Below are positions 1-13,279 of a DNA stretch of 64,000 bases, in pieces. Where the stretch lies: assembly GCA_964016885.1 (NCBI GenBank), contig CAXHJY010001600.1:100189-164188 (forward strand), written 5' to 3'. The notes under the pieces were generated by a model that saw only the letters and a list, made by a program, of their open reading frames with translations, was not told where the DNA came from and did no database searches. This stretch comes from Eledone cirrhosa. Its lineage: Eukaryota. The position numbers and the translations under genes were made by a program. The first letter of the stretch is position 1, and each line of letters begins with the position of its first letter.

Positions 1-256
1 TGGTAAGATATCTATTTGAAATCTGTATATAAGCCTATTTTTCTCTCCCAAATTTCTAGATAAATACATTTATATGGTGCAAAGAACTAAGATAGCCATA
101 CAAATTCATATAATTAATACCTAAAATGTAACACAAATATATAAAACTAAGTTCTCAACTTAAATATTGTCACTGATCTCTTTATTTTCAAACATTTCGG
201 AAAGCAGATGAAGAAGACCAAATATCTATTTCAATTCGAAAACTTCAGTAGCAATA

Positions 257-440
257 TCATACCATTCTAAGAGTGTCTGCCTCCTCCTCGTCTGGCATTT
301 CTGGAACACCTTTTAATGTATCTTCATTCTGGTAGTTGTCATCCTCTTCTTCTTCTGCCTGAAGTAGTAGCATGCCTCCACCCTGTGAGGCCAAACACAT
401 GCTATTTATCGATGATGCACTGTTGAGAGTATTTGGCATG
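257..440 (-). other. Diverged duplicate of the acidic cytoplasmic-tail coding segment (extra exon or pseudo-exon)
   Basis: NSMCLASQGGGMLLLQAEEEEDDNYQNEDTLKGVPEMPDEEEADTLRMV* aligns with NSMYLASQGGDLPLHAEEEADNNQNEDTLKGVPEMPEEEEAEALRMV at 907-1053, and the frame is preserved. Confidence 0.7.
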
Positions 441-884
441 TTTTTTTTTTGTTTTGTTTTGTTTCTTTTTTTCCAATACTCTCATTTTGTTTAGATTTCT
501 TACATATATAAGAAGTACAAAGCAATCACTGCTTTGCAATTAAATAAATTTAAGAAAAGCATGAAATGTGCTCCACTGTTTATTCTTAAAATATAAACAA
601 AAACAGGGTAAACATGATGACTACCTCATCATGGCTTTAATCACCCTTACAATAACAAAATTATCTTAAGAAAGTAAAACAAATTTTAAAAGAAAATAAA
701 CTAATTTTTAATTTAAATATTAACATGCAATAAAAAAGATTTTTAACAAAATTCAAATACCTTTAACCAAAGTTATTTTTAAAATAATATAAAGAAAAGA
801 CTCAAATAAATAAAAAAAACTGAAATAAATAACAAAATGCAAATGTCTTTCTTATGGAAACACTAACTATAAGCATCTTGTTTC

Positions 885-1244
885 TCAAAAAGATAAACAA
901 TTATTTACCATTCTCAGAGCTTCGGCTTCTTCTTCCTCAGGCATCTCCGGAACACCTTTTAATGTATCTTCATTTTGATTGTTGTCAGCTTCTTCTTCGG
1001 CATGAAGAGGTAAGTCACCACCCTGTGATGCTAAATACATGCTGTTGCGCGATCTATACATCATGGGCTGTTGTGTCATATCATAGCATTCCATAGGTTG
1101 ACCACTAACATCTAAAAACCCCTGGGACTTATTCCATGAATTGGCACAAATCAAAGCAAAGAAGAATGATATCATAGTAGAAATGCCAACTGTTAAGAAA
1201 ACCCATTTTAGACCAGGCACATGTCCATTCAGTGGTCTTTGATA
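885..1244 (-). CDS. TM plus cytoplasmic-tail exon of the same gene (ends at the stop at 885, or splices at ATG|gtaaat at 909/908)
   Basis: Acceptor tttctttttttttccag|TAT. Frame YQRPLNGHVPGLK-WVFLTVGISTMISFFFALICA (TM)-NSWNK...acidic EEEE tail. In phase 0 with exon 8994-9122. Confidence 0.8.
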   Translation of the reverse strand, partial: YQRPLNGHVPGLKWVFLTVGISTMISFFFALICANSWNKSQGFLDVSGQPMECYDMTQQPMMYRSRNSMYLASQGGDLPLHAEEEADNNQNEDTLKGVPEMPEEEEAEALRMVNNCLSF

Positions 1245-2380
1245 CTGGAAAAAAAAGAAAGGAAAATATATTTTAAGTTACACAAATGAAAAAATTTTTG
1301 CCATATATACTCATGTATAAGTCACACTAGCAGATAGGTCACATCGGTAGATAGGTCACATCGGTAGAGAAGTCACACTCCACATTACATACATTTAAAA
1401 TGAACCATATATTTAAACAGAGGTTTTGTAGACCTACTAGACAAGTTGCATGCTGATTTTTCATGTCATATTTTTATAGAAAAATGTGTGACATACACAG
1501 ATATATATATAGTAATTTAAGTATTTTAAAAATAATATCATTTGTTTAATAAATAAATAAAGGATACTCTTCGGATATGTTTTTGATAATTCTACCTAAA
1601 CTGCATCCCAAAACCTATCATGTATAAAAGTACTTCAGCTATAATCTTTTTCAATGGATAAAAGTGCATCTCATGCTAGCAGACTGCTCACAGTTGCAGT
1701 CGTGACACATTCAAATATTTTGGATAAAAAAATGTTTGAAATCAGTCTGACTAATAGATAGTCTTTATTCACCACAATACTTTAATCCCCAATCTACGAA
1801 TGTATATTATCCTTCCATCTCTTTTACTGCTACCACTGTCTTAGCTCTTCTGAACTAGTAAACTATGTACCATTATCCCTTAAACCTTCTTGTCTCATCC
1901 TCCCTTCTCTGAATCTTTTTGCACTCCCAATCTCACTCTCAACATTTTACTCGATTCTTATTCTCGAAAACAACAGCTCTCTCGCATGTAACATTAAGAA
2001 GGAAACATTTTCTTTTAACAGCAACCACAATGTTCTCAACAGACATAGAGAGCCTATAATTATTTAGCAGTCTTTGTCTTCTTCAGACTAAATCATATGC
2101 ATAAGCATGTACATATCCATACAGTCACACACTAACTCTCTCTTACTAACTCTCTCTTACTCACTCGCTATATATCTATCTATCTATCTCCCTCTCTCAC
2201 ACACACACAATTTAGAGCAGCATGTAAGTTAAGATATGCACCATAATTTTCTAAATAGAGTCGAGTATAAGTTTGACATCTCTGTTGATAAATGCAGAGC
2301 AAGTATGACATGAACAGAATGAGATGCATGTATATAGTTAAGTTTTATGTGAATATTGCATGTGTCTTGAAAGTTAAAAA

Positions 2381-2731
2381 TCAATGAAGAGTAATATTAT
2401 CTTCATAGGAGAGTGTACTGTTAGAAGTCACAGGAAACAGGTCATTAATGTGGAGAAAGAGAGAGTGGAGATATGTGAAGGAATAAATAAGATACGGAAA
2501 TTGAAAAATTTTATGTGCGATATAGTCAAAGACTTTACTTATAACAAGGTCAACATCATTGCTCTCACTAAAATTCTGAAGGCAATAAGAGACTACACCT
2601 GCATGTCTTAGGAAAGCAGAACAGAATGTGGTTGAACATAAACCATGATGATGGCTACTGAGAATAGAAAGGTACAAAATGTGATAAATGATTTGATTGT
2701 TTATAGCTGTCACCATCACTTTTCTGATCAT
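2381..2731 (-). mobile_element. Decayed non-LTR retrotransposon RT fragment (CR1/L2/Jockey-like); probably extends on both sides
   Basis: Eroded RT motifs: 'LVISKVFDYIAH' (LDxSKAFDxVxH) and 'LFLHINDL...SYEDNITL' (LFxxYINDL...YADDxTL). Confidence 0.55.
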
Positions 2732-3195
2732 GGAAATACAGATGATAGATTGAGAGTTAACAATCTAGGAGTTGGGCATTTCCATGAATGAAACAAACAG
2801 CTGTATACTTTCAGAGGATGAAGTAAAAGTCACAACACACAATCTCATCACAAATACTGTCAGAAAATTTCTGTGAATTGAACTAACAATATTCAGTCTT
2901 TCAAAATTTGTGTTAAGTCTCCCAAATAAATCTCTCAGTTTCCAAAATCATCTGTTGCTTGGCTGATTGAAGAAATATTGAGAATATTTTGTATAGATGA
3001 CACAAAAGAAATACAATAATAGGTTCAAATAGATCACTATACAGACAGTAGTAAAGGTGGAATATGCAATGATAGGAAATTATTCAGGAGTGCACAGTTT
3101 AAACAATGAAAAAACGAACATGATCAATACCCTTCCTCAGTAAAAGTAACAGAAAAAGTGTGTGTTTGGGACGTGTATATGTGTCTTTATAACTA

Positions 3196-3241
3196 ACTGG
3201 GTTCTGATGTACTATGGTACTATGGTACATCAGAACCCAGT
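3196..3241. repeat. Perfect 17-bp inverted repeat (hairpin)
   Basis: actgggttctgatgtac / gtacatcagaacccagt with a 12-nt loop. Confidence 0.9.
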
Positions 3242-4102
3242 CATCTGATACTGATGCAAATGTTTACCTTCGGTATCATGTTAAAGTTTAGGAGTTTAAG
3301 TAAAACTTCAGTTAGAGTGGACAATTTTGAGTACGTGGAAATGTGTGGCTTTATGTTAGAGAAAATGGCAATATTGAAACACATATAACAATTGAGTTGA
3401 TGGTCAGATACAAACATATTTTGTATAATTTACAACCAAATGAATATCTGTAATCATATTTACAAATATTGTATCTCTATAAGGTACTGTGTGTATGTTT
3501 TCTTTGTAGGCAAATCGCTAAGAGTTTTTGTTTTCTGATGAACATCCAACAAAGCCAACATGTAAAAGTAACTTATGTGTTTCTATGCATCAAGAGAATG
3601 TTAAAAATGTATTTATATGTGTTCATTTTGGACAAGACAATAGGGTATGTGTCTCTGTGTTTAATGTTTTAGTTGACAAAGGGGATTTCTGTGTTACTTC
3701 TGTTCTCTCCTGTCACCTCTGCTCATATTTTGAATTATATATATAGTGAGAGAGAGAGAGAGAGATGCGTGTGTGTGTGTGAAAGCATTGCACTGATTAA
3801 TTGGCATACAGAAAACATACTGGATTCAACATGTAGAAATACAGAAAAAAAAATATTATTTCCAACAATGCGCAATCTAATACCACCACTGTAAAATATA
3901 ACTTTGTTCCTATGTTCGAACATGGTGATCTACACAACTAGAATTACTTGTGACTGCCAAAGGAGAATAACTCCCTATAGGTTAAAGGGTGACAAAGTAA
4001 AAAAGTGGCTCCCAATCTATCTGAGAGTTTATGTGCTTAATTGAGCTTTTAGAAAGAAATTAATTTTAAAATTATAAAGTTTCTAATGAGATGTTTATTT
4101 AA

Positions 4103-4321
4103 CCCTTTAGCATTTACATTAATCTACATTTACTTTGTATTTTCACCAAAACCCTTTACCTCACATAATTATCTCACATAATATCGAATCTATGAGAATT
4201 TGATATTATTTATTTTGAGAACAATACGTTAAAATAAGTATGAGCAGCCAGTTATGGCTGGTTTGAACAGAAAGGGGTGAGATAATTTTGGCCAGATATG
4301 GCCAGTTTAAATGCTAAAAGG
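4103..4321. mobile_element. piggyBac-type MITE
   Basis: TTAA|ccctttagcattt ... aaatgctaaaagg|TTAA terminal inverted repeats. A related copy in opposite orientation lies at 12231-12409. Confidence 0.8.
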
Positions 4322-4705
4322 TTAAATGTATTCAAACATTTGCTAGTAATAATTATTCCTGTTATCTTAACTTACACAAACCAAAAATATAATTTAAAGA
4401 CTAAATTTAAAAACTATAAAATATTATTTAGAAACACCAAAATTACACAATTTTGCGAGCCAAGCCAATTATTTAGTCTCATATATGTTACTGCCTGATT
4501 TTGTCAACATGTGACACACATAGTAGCTCCATAATTGTAATTAGTTATGAAATATAATACAGTACTTACAATTAATCATAATAAGCATTTTCATATTTCA
4601 GAATACATAATTATGTTACAGATAATCAGCAGCCAATTAATGAGTATTGACTAATAAATCAAGTCTGATTAATTAGCAATCAGTCACTTTTCTTATCTGT
4701 GCATT

Positions 4706-4746
<41 letters not shown>

Positions 4747-4750
4747 CCTC

Positions 4751-4860
4751 CACCACCACCACCATTAACACCAAAACCAATGCAGCAACCACCATTAACA
4801 CCAAAACCAATGCAGCAACCTCCATTAACACCAAAACCAATGTAGCAACCCCATTAACCA
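4751..4860. repeat. 30-bp tandem repeat, about 3.5 copies
   Basis: Unit accattaacaccaaaaccaatgcagcaacc. Confidence 0.9.
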
Positions 4861-5634
4861 ACCAGCTCCTTAATGGACAACAATAGCAAAAGGAGATAAG
4901 CAATTTCACTATAAAATAAAAGATGACTACATGATATAGTGCAGTATTTTATAAGTTGAATGAAATGTCTTTGATCTCAAATGTGCTCAATGAGGATTGA
5001 TCTAATACAAAACAACAATAACAATACATTTAACAAGAACAATATGACCACTGCCACCACCATCACCACTTCAACCAACTTATCAACTTTTGCGTAACCA
5101 ATGGGAACATCAATAATAGTTTTAGCATGATAGCAATGTCTCTGTAGTTATATATGTTGCATGTCAATACAAAGGAATGTGTCTGTGAGAGAGAGAAGGA
5201 GATGGTAGATTGTGGAGATTCCATGACCTAAGTCAGAGGTGCAAGAGGGAAGTGCCCAACAACCTGGTAACTAACTGTAATCATATAGAACGTCCTACAA
5301 TCCCACTCATCCAAACCTTCATCTTCTCTTTTCCCCCTCTTACATTCATAGGAATAAGCTAGTTCTGATGCTAGTTCTTTTATTCAAACCACCCCAAACT
5401 GGCTGCAATTATTTCCCCTTCATTTGTTCAATCTGGCCGAAATCGGCGGATAACACCCACACTAAAATATTGTTCTAAAAATAAACAATACTGTCATTAA
5501 AATCTCGTCAATTCGAGATTACAGCGAGATTAGGCCCTTACCCTTTATCGTTTCAAGCCTGCACATAGAAAATTAAGAAAATTACAAACAAATAAAATTG
5601 ATAACCCTCTTGAGTAGGATTAACTGAAAATAAT

Positions 5635-5849
5635 AATTTCTTATATAGGCACAAGGCCAGTAATTTTTTGGGGGGAGTCGATTAAATTGACCCCCAGTAC
5701 ATTACTGGTGCTTTATTTTATCGACCCTGTAAGGATGAAAGCCAAAGTTAACCTTGGCAGGATTTGAACTCAGACCTTAGAGGGCCGTAACTCTATACTG
5801 CAAAGCATGGTGTCCGACCCTCTACCAATACTGACAATCCACCGCCCTC
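5635..5849 (-). mobile_element. tRNA-derived SINE, nested in a piggyBac-type MITE relic (~5415-5915)
   Basis: A box and B box (gagttcaaatcc), central gctttcatcctt..gggtcgataaaataaa domain, and a 17-bp TSD gattaactgaaaataat (5618-5634 / 5850-5866). The MITE end aatgctaaagggTTAA is at ~5904-5919. Confidence 0.9.
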
Positions 5850-5919
5850 GATTAACTGAAAATAATGTGAACAGATAAACATGACATTTGACAAATTAAT
5901 GTGAATGCTAAAGGGTTAA

Positions 5920-7330
5920 GAGGTGGCTGAACTTGCACATTAAAATGACAGGTGAAACAGCCAGTGCTGATACAAAAGCTGTTGCTAATTATCCTGAGGA
6001 GCTGAAGAAAATGATTGAAGGGAGCTACACACCAGAGCAAGTATACAATATTGATTAAACTGCACTGTTCTTGAAGCATTTGCCTGCTAGAATTTTTATT
6101 TCTCAAGAAAAAAGAAAATCAACTTACAAAAATGATCTGATGCTTCTTCTGATTATCACACTAAAAATCCATGGACTTTCGAGAGTTACATGCAATTCAA
6201 TTTACCTCTTATTTGGCATTCAAATAAAAACGTATGAGTGACTAAGACTCTTTCAAAGAGTGGCTTACAAGCTTTCTTATCATGGCATGGAAAATAAAGT
6301 GCCAGACATAATATTTCCAATGAAGCATTGCTCCTTTTTTGAATGCACCAACCCAACTAGTGAACTTAAAAAAGAATGTTCTGAGAATGTGAGAGCAGAA
6401 TATATCCCCAAGTATAAAATTTCCTTCATCCAACCATACTTGATCAAGGTGTGGGCACTAACTTCAAAGCAAATTATCTAAGAAGATTTAAATGACTTGT
6501 GAAAAGAAGTTAGAGACTTCTAAAAAAAAATTCAACCATTATGAACACTGAGGATAACATAGCTGAGCCATGAGATGAATTGAAAACCTCAATTTTTAAT
6601 GGTGCTTCATAAAATATATGGTCAAACTGTATATATAACATATTTTTTCCACAAACAGAAAACCTACATGAAATTTCAGAAAGATGTGATGCTTACAAAT
6701 GATGTAGGGTTTGAAGTAGTCTGGCGAGGAGGTGACACTGTTAGAATACAAAAATCCCACTAACTCTACTTAAATCTACAAAGAATATTGCTAAAAGGTT
6801 GGCAGTTCTAGAGGGAGGTCTGCAAGTTTTTATTCACAACATTCTTACTTGTGAATATAAAAATTACAAGAGGATTTTATAATGCACTCAGTTCTTACAC
6901 TGAGCTGTAACAAGAGGCAAAGTGCTATAAACATCAAATTACTTTGGATAAGTTCTTCAGCTCCACAATCAGTTGATAATGATAAACACAGAATAGTGTC
7001 CTTCATCCTCCCAGTAACTCTCATTCCACCACCTCCCTTCACACCATAGTCATCACCTTTTGTAGTAAGAAAGTACCTTATTACAATATTATTTCTTCAT
7101 ATTTATTCCTTCAAATGTTTTTTACATATACAAATTCTACTCTGTATGTTTAGAAATAGCTATTTTCATGCTTAAAAATAGTTTTGTTTCATTTTTTTTT
7201 TAATATCTGTTGGAATACATCTCATTTTATAACATGAAAATCAATGGGAAAATTAGTTTCACTTGACAAGATTTAGAGTTATAACAAGATTTTCAGGAAT
7301 GCATTATTTCCATAACGCGAGAGTTTACAT
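5920..7330 (+). mobile_element. Decayed Tigger/pogo (DDE) transposase
   Basis: Translates IKMTGETASADTKAVANYPEELKKMIEGSYTPEQVYNID*TALFLKHLPARIFIS, matching Tigger GEAASAD...YTPEQVFNxDETGLFWK; later LDQGVGTNFKANYL (QPxDQGVIxxFKAxY). Many stops and frameshifts. Confidence 0.85.
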
Positions 7331-7444
7331 TCACAAATGTATAACTTTAAGTCCACAAGATGTTCCCATTTAACAGTGTTAATGCTAAAAGACAAGTCTA
7401 TCTATTGTAACATCATGAAATCTCCTTTGTGGTTTGTACTGGGT

Positions 7445-8100
7445 ATGCTTACAGTTGCTTTATTAGCCTGGAATTATCAAGGCAGATGACATTACAAACC
7501 CATCTCGTATGATACTTGGTAAGATGAGCTTCAATACTCAGACAGCTCACTCTTTCCAGCACTTCCGTTTAAGGCGTAAACATTTCTAACAGATATTCTA
7601 TATACACCTTAAACACCTCTAGTGAAATTTTTCAAGAATTCTGACATCATCATCAATATAACATCCATGTCTCAAATGAGTATAGTAAGGATGTGATGAT
7701 GCAAGCAGCATAGATACAAAGTTTGGTACAACTCCTTGTGTGACCAGACTCATTTTTCAAATGTCCCAAACATGATTAATTTCAATATCTAGATCCATTC
7801 CTGAGACAGAACAGCCAAAGTAGACAAAAATGTACATTAAATCTGGTTCCCTATACAGCTCACTTGGAGCAGATGAAAATACCACCATAGCTTTCATCAG
7901 GGTTATTCCAAATTCAAAAACATAGGTACTAGACAAGAGATCTATTGTTTTCTAGGTATCTTTTCTTATGTGAGTCAAAAGGTCACAATCATCAACATAT
8001 AAAATGTCACAAACTAGAGCTTTAAGAAACTCCAACTTAGCTTTGAATCAATACAGATTAAATAGGTTACTTGTTGTGTAACCCTCTGACTCAAAATATC
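7445..8100 (-). mobile_element. RTE-clade LINE relic (C-terminal region)
   Basis: DDVRILEKFH...TEVLERVSCLSIEAHLTKYHTRWVCNVICLDNSRLIKQL resembles the RTE/BovB EVLERA..SIEA.L....RW.GHV.R..DSRLPKQL segment. Confidence 0.75.
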
Positions 8101-8269
8101 CCCTAAAATACACACCAAAGAAACACAGCATTATGTCATTTGAAGAATTTCTAGAGATTGTAGGAGAAACTAATGAAGAAGGTAAATCTCAACCCTAGAT
8201 GTAGAAAATATTTTTGCCAATATCCAGTCATAGAAAACTTGCCAAAAAGTGAGGAGGCAGACCCTTCAG

Positions 8270-8577
8270 TTGTGTCAAGAACATGACCACCTCCCCAGTG
8301 TTGGCAATCTTCACAACAAACGTACCCAGTACATGCTGTAAAGTGGTTGGTGATAGGAAGGGCATCCAGTTGTAAAAAAAAACTCACCAAACAAAGGGGT
8401 GCGAATGATCCTTCAATTGTGTCAGTCATTATAAAATCTCTAGTGCCAGTGCCACAATAAAATGCACTTGGTAGAATATGGAACTGGGAGGTTGGTAACC
8501 TGGCTTCAGTTCTGACTCAATGAAGAGCCAGCCAACTCTTGCTAACAAGGAAAGTGGACATTAATTGATGATGATGA
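8270..8577 (+). mobile_element. 3' end fragment of an RTE-type LINE or derived short element with a (GAT)n tail
   Basis: ggaagggcatccagttgtaaaa and ...ggaaagtggacattaattgatgatgatga match the 3' UTR and tail of the LINE at 58396-59306. Similar remnants lie near 22450-22730, 24530-24700, 26215-26500 and 51510-51850. Confidence 0.65.
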
Positions 8578-8993
8578 ATATAGTGGCAGAAAGAAAAGCC
8601 ATTCATGACTCTAGCAAATTTATTGAAAGCATTACTAGCTGCATATACAACAGAAATACTGTTTTGTTGCCTACAAGGCAATTTATAGAAACAAAAAGTT
8701 GAAGATGATAGAATATACTCATAATAAAAAATGTAGAAAAATTTAAAATATGTAGAAAATAACTCTAGAAAATTGAATAACTAGAACAATTACAAATATG
8801 CCTTCATTTCCACATATAAACATCCAGATTGCAAAATACAATAGCTTCTTATTTTTCCCATAACAACTATCTTCTAAAGCAATGGAGCAGAAAATAAGTG
8901 GTAAAAATCATGTTTTAGAGAATTCTGTTTTTAATTTTCCAATAAAGAAAACTTGTTTTAATAAAAAAAATATAAGGAAAGAAAATGCCTTAC

Positions 8994-9122
8994 CAACTGA
9001 AGCAAAAGTCCCTCTTTATATTCAACCAACTCAATATGGACAGAATAGGCATCTTCTACTGTAGGAGCAGTGATGTTGATGAGAACTTCAAATTCGTTGC
9101 CTTCCTGAAAATGCACTGCTCC
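8994..9122 (-). CDS. Internal coding exon of the same gene (129 nt, GAVHFQEGNEFEVLINITAPTVEDAYSVHIELVEYKEGLLLQL)
   Basis: Strong acceptor ttttcttctttttgtttcag|GGA and donor TTG|gtaagg. Length is divisible by 3, there are no stops, and phase 0/0 fits both neighbours. Contains an N-I-T sequon. Confidence 0.8.
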
Positions 9123-11149
9123 CTGAAACAAAAAGAAGAAAAATTAATTGAAACAGAGTGACAGGAGCTAGATTTAAACAAAGAGCTTTGTAAGTATTTG
9201 TGGCTGTATGTGCAAATATGAACACAGACATACATACAATGTTTTCAAAATAGTATAGATAGAAAGGTTAGGACAATTTTGGTTATTTGCATATGAATAG
9301 CTGAAATCCTTCAACCTCCAAACCCCGTGTGACATTATTTTTCAGACTAACAGACTTAAAAAAGTAGATTAATATGCATTACTGAGAGTAAAACAGCATA
9401 TGTGACAAGGTTTGAAATCATGTCATTGCAGTCATGACTCTCTAATCTTTAATCCATATATATTTTTCCATTGTAAATTACGATGTAAGGTACAACATTG
9501 TAAGGTACAACAAACACTACTACATAAACCGAACCATAGCATCAGTTTTATAAAATAAAAAATAATATATAGAATTTGTTTAGAAGAATTCACATGCCAT
9601 GTTATTTTCCTTCTCCTGCAGCACTCTAGCTCATTGATTATTTTACTTTTCCTCTTTTTGGGGTAGTAGGGGTGAGGGTAAAACTCGCATAGAGCAAGTT
9701 GGATTCCACTTAACCATTAGTATTCTGTATTGTATTTACAAAACGATCACCCTTCCCCGATTATCAATATTCATTTGTAACATAATGTATAAAATTATGG
9801 TTTAAATCTAGTTAAAGTTACGTATTCTATATTGTTATTCCTTTTTCCTATCATCTGTAGAGGCATGTTTGAATATCTTAATATCTCATCAGTAAAAATC
9901 ATGAAAAATATATAGGTTATTAGTGAATTTAAGTGAGTTAAGATTTTTCAAAGTTATGTTGTTTAATCCCAGGTAAACCTTGATTAATTAGTCATATGAC
10001 CAAAAGCTTTCTATTCAAGATTAGCCTGTCTTTTTCACATGAGAATGGAACCCAGTATCACAGTATTTAACGCATCCTTTTTTTAAGAAAATAAGGGCAG
10101 ATGAGGAACAGTTGGCTGCTATTTCTAACAAGTCAAGCAACTCTGTAAAGGTTCCCTTGCTGGCTCATCAAAGTTATGTATAAAGGCATACAGGAATAAT
10201 GAAATAATCACAGCTGTGATACTATCATCACCAAGGAGGAGACATTCAGGAACATTTAATTGGTTTGTCAGCAATATGAAAAGATCAGACCAAGATCAGA
10301 GCAATATGAAAAGATCAGACCAAATTCTGAATCAGGAATTAAAAATATAAAGACATTAGTCTCCATCTCTTATTATAAACAGTCTTTGACAGCTGGTTGA
10401 AGTCCTGGCTGGTTAATTCTACTACACTTCACCTCATCAGTTTCAATGAGTTTCTTCAGTTAAAAGAAATATTTTTTAAAATATTAGTTGAAATAAGATG
10501 GCTAATTTCAGAATGAACATGGATCAAACTAGCTTATGGAAAACAAATTCAAGTTTTGTGTTGGTATTTCATTGTTTCTGAGCACAACACTTCTTTCTAT
10601 GTATCTTCTGTTCATCTAAAAAAAATCAGAACTTGACCATCTGGTAGTGTTTCAAGAGATATGTTGAAAGCCTGAGTTATGCTTCACACCATAAAACCCC
10701 GAGATTTGCAGCAGTGCTTCTACATCTCATAAGGTCTATATTAAACTACTAGTCAATAATATACAACTGTAGTTTGCAAGTGTTGGATTTGGTTCATTGC
10801 ATGGAAATTTTTCCAAAAGGCTAATACATCGAAAAATAAAAACAGTTAAAACGATTACTATATAAAGGTTATAAATGTTAAAGAGGTTTGTCAGCATGGC
10901 ATTATAAACACCAGTGATATTACTTAGGTGTCAGTTATTTTACAAGAACTAACATGGTTTATCATTAGTATTTATGTTACCCCAACAGGGCATATTTGAT
11001 ATGATAGATAATTGGCTGTTTTACCATTATACAAAATGAATTGTCTGAATTTTAAGTATTGGACAATAACTCAAAGTCTGACTACAATGCTTTGCCGACT
11101 ATTGAAAGGTTATTCTTATCACAAAACAGAAACCTCATAAACTTGTATA

Positions 11150-11465
11150 ACCTTATGGGCTTTTGAAAGAACGTTTGGACAAGAGATGAAAACTTCACCA
11201 TCAGGATCATCATGGGAAAGGCATGTGAGTACAGTGTCTCTTTGTACATGGCCTTCATTGATTACAAGAAAGCTTTCAACTCAGTTCAACACTCAGCTCT
11301 GTGGACTTTACTAATAAAGAGAGTCAATAGTACAGTAGTTAACCTACTAAAGAAACTGTACAGCAGGCAGCATATAGTGGTTAAAGTGAAGGACTATTTG
11401 AAGGAGTGGTTTACCACTCGGAAAGGTAAGTGGTGGGGATGCTCCATGCCAGCCATATGCTTCAA
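11150..11465 (+). mobile_element. LINE reverse transcriptase fragment (RTE-like)
   Basis: FTIRIIMGKACEYSVSLYMAFIDYKKAFNSVQHSALW contains the RT motif AFIDYxKAFDSV. Confidence 0.8.
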
Positions 11466-12230
11466 CAAATGATCTATCCACTGTTTTTATGTTCTGTGTC
11501 TATACTAACCATAATGTTTAGCGGTGTTTCATCCAGGATTCTGATATTGCTTGGTAAATAAATAAGCATGCTTCTTACAATATTGTATTATGTACTGATG
11601 GAAATTAGTAATTTTAGCAACAGGATCTGCTGGTAATTTCTGTGCAATTTTAGTTTCCTACCCATCTACTAGATCATTTATTTCTTTTCATAAAACAGTC
11701 CTATGAAGCAATGCCTTTGGTGTTCCTGCTTTGCTCTCAGTTAGTATTAACCTATTTAAGAGCAATAATGCATATTTTATTCATTGTTACCATGCATCTA
11801 TTTCGATGTTGTTTGTAGATCATGTCTACTACATGCTTCTCTAGATTCAACCAGTACTCATCAGTGCACACACTCATTACATATTTAGTATGTGTTTCTT
11901 TAGTCTTCTTTGTATGTGTTTCTTTAGTCTTCAAACTCTTATCATCTTCTCGGTTATACCATATTCTTTTGCAACAAACCAGTTATTGTTGGGCTTGGTG
12001 AATGCTGATATTTTCAGGTTAAAACTATTTTCATATTTCCTTTTTTTATCGTTAGAGCTATGATAGACAGTAGCTGGAAATTAATGTTTCACCCAGTGAG
12101 TGTGGCTGATTATAAAGGAGTGGCAATGTGACCCCTTCTAAGAAACCTTATCTTTCAATGTTTATAAGTAACAATAATGATAAGTTTTGATGTGATTGGA
12201 CTGACAAAAACTGACCAATAATGTCTTTAA

Positions 12231-12409
12231 CCCTTTAGCATTCAAACTGGTCATAACTGGGCACTCACACTGATGTTAAGGTATTGTTCTCAAAATAATT
12301 AACATCATAATCTCATAGATTCGATATTATGTGAGATAATTATGTGAAATAAAGTGTTTACTATGAAAATACAATAGTAAATATAGAGTAAAAAGTAAAT
12401 GCTAAAGGG
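12231..12409. mobile_element. piggyBac-type MITE, same family as 4103-4321
   Basis: TTAA|ccctttagcatt ... aatgctaaaggg|gtaa. The internal ttatgtgagataattatgtga is shared with 4103-4321 in inverse orientation. Confidence 0.75.
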
Positions 12410-13216
12410 GTAATAGAGTGCAAACTATTAGTATGTTAATTTCATGCTGGTAATCTAAAATTACCCCATAAGCCATTGTTAGGCTGAGCAACTTAACAAA
12501 TCAGTGTAAAAAAATATTTTGACAAAGCAGTATAAACAGAATGCACCATAGAACTTCAGTTGACTGGTTAGTGTCTTGTCAACTGTTGCAAATATCAACT
12601 GGTCTATGTCATCTAAATATGTTGTGCTGTTATTGTAAGGTATTTTAGACAGATGTATAGGACATTTTTATTAATTTAATATAATCTGACTATAAATCCA
12701 TATTCCCAAATATACATGTAAGTTTCAGCAGAAAATACTATGTGGTAAGACCATAGCAATTAGGCACAGATTTTATACTGTTTTCCATTGTAAATAGTGA
12801 CATACTAAACAAGAGATATTAAAGTTCAGATTTTATACTTGATCCTTAAGATGACCCCTGGTTTTGGGGACACATTTTTAAAGGCTTAAATTCTATCATA
12901 TCTATTGACATATATGGTGTATGTTTAAAGAATAAACCAGGATATATTTAGGAAACCTTTTCAGAATTTCCTATCACTTAATATCACAACTTGTGTACAT
13001 AATTTGTAATTGACAGCCTGCAGTCAACTAACTTCATGACAAGAGTTGATTTCAAATGCCAAGTATAAATGAGAATAATGAAAGCTCAAACTGAACAATA
13101 GAAAATAAACATTCATGAACCAGATTCTTTGAATACTTTCCCAAGGAGAAAATAATTTTCACGACCAATTGTGAATTCTTTGCACATACTGAAGTTATTG
13201 CTTTCATTTTAGTGTC

Positions 13217-13279
<63 letters not shown>

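Noticed and set aside
1305-1510. 18-bp mini tandem (gtagataggtcacatcg) in a possible pogo-type MITE
   Set aside because: Terminal inverted repeats are too eroded to define the element.
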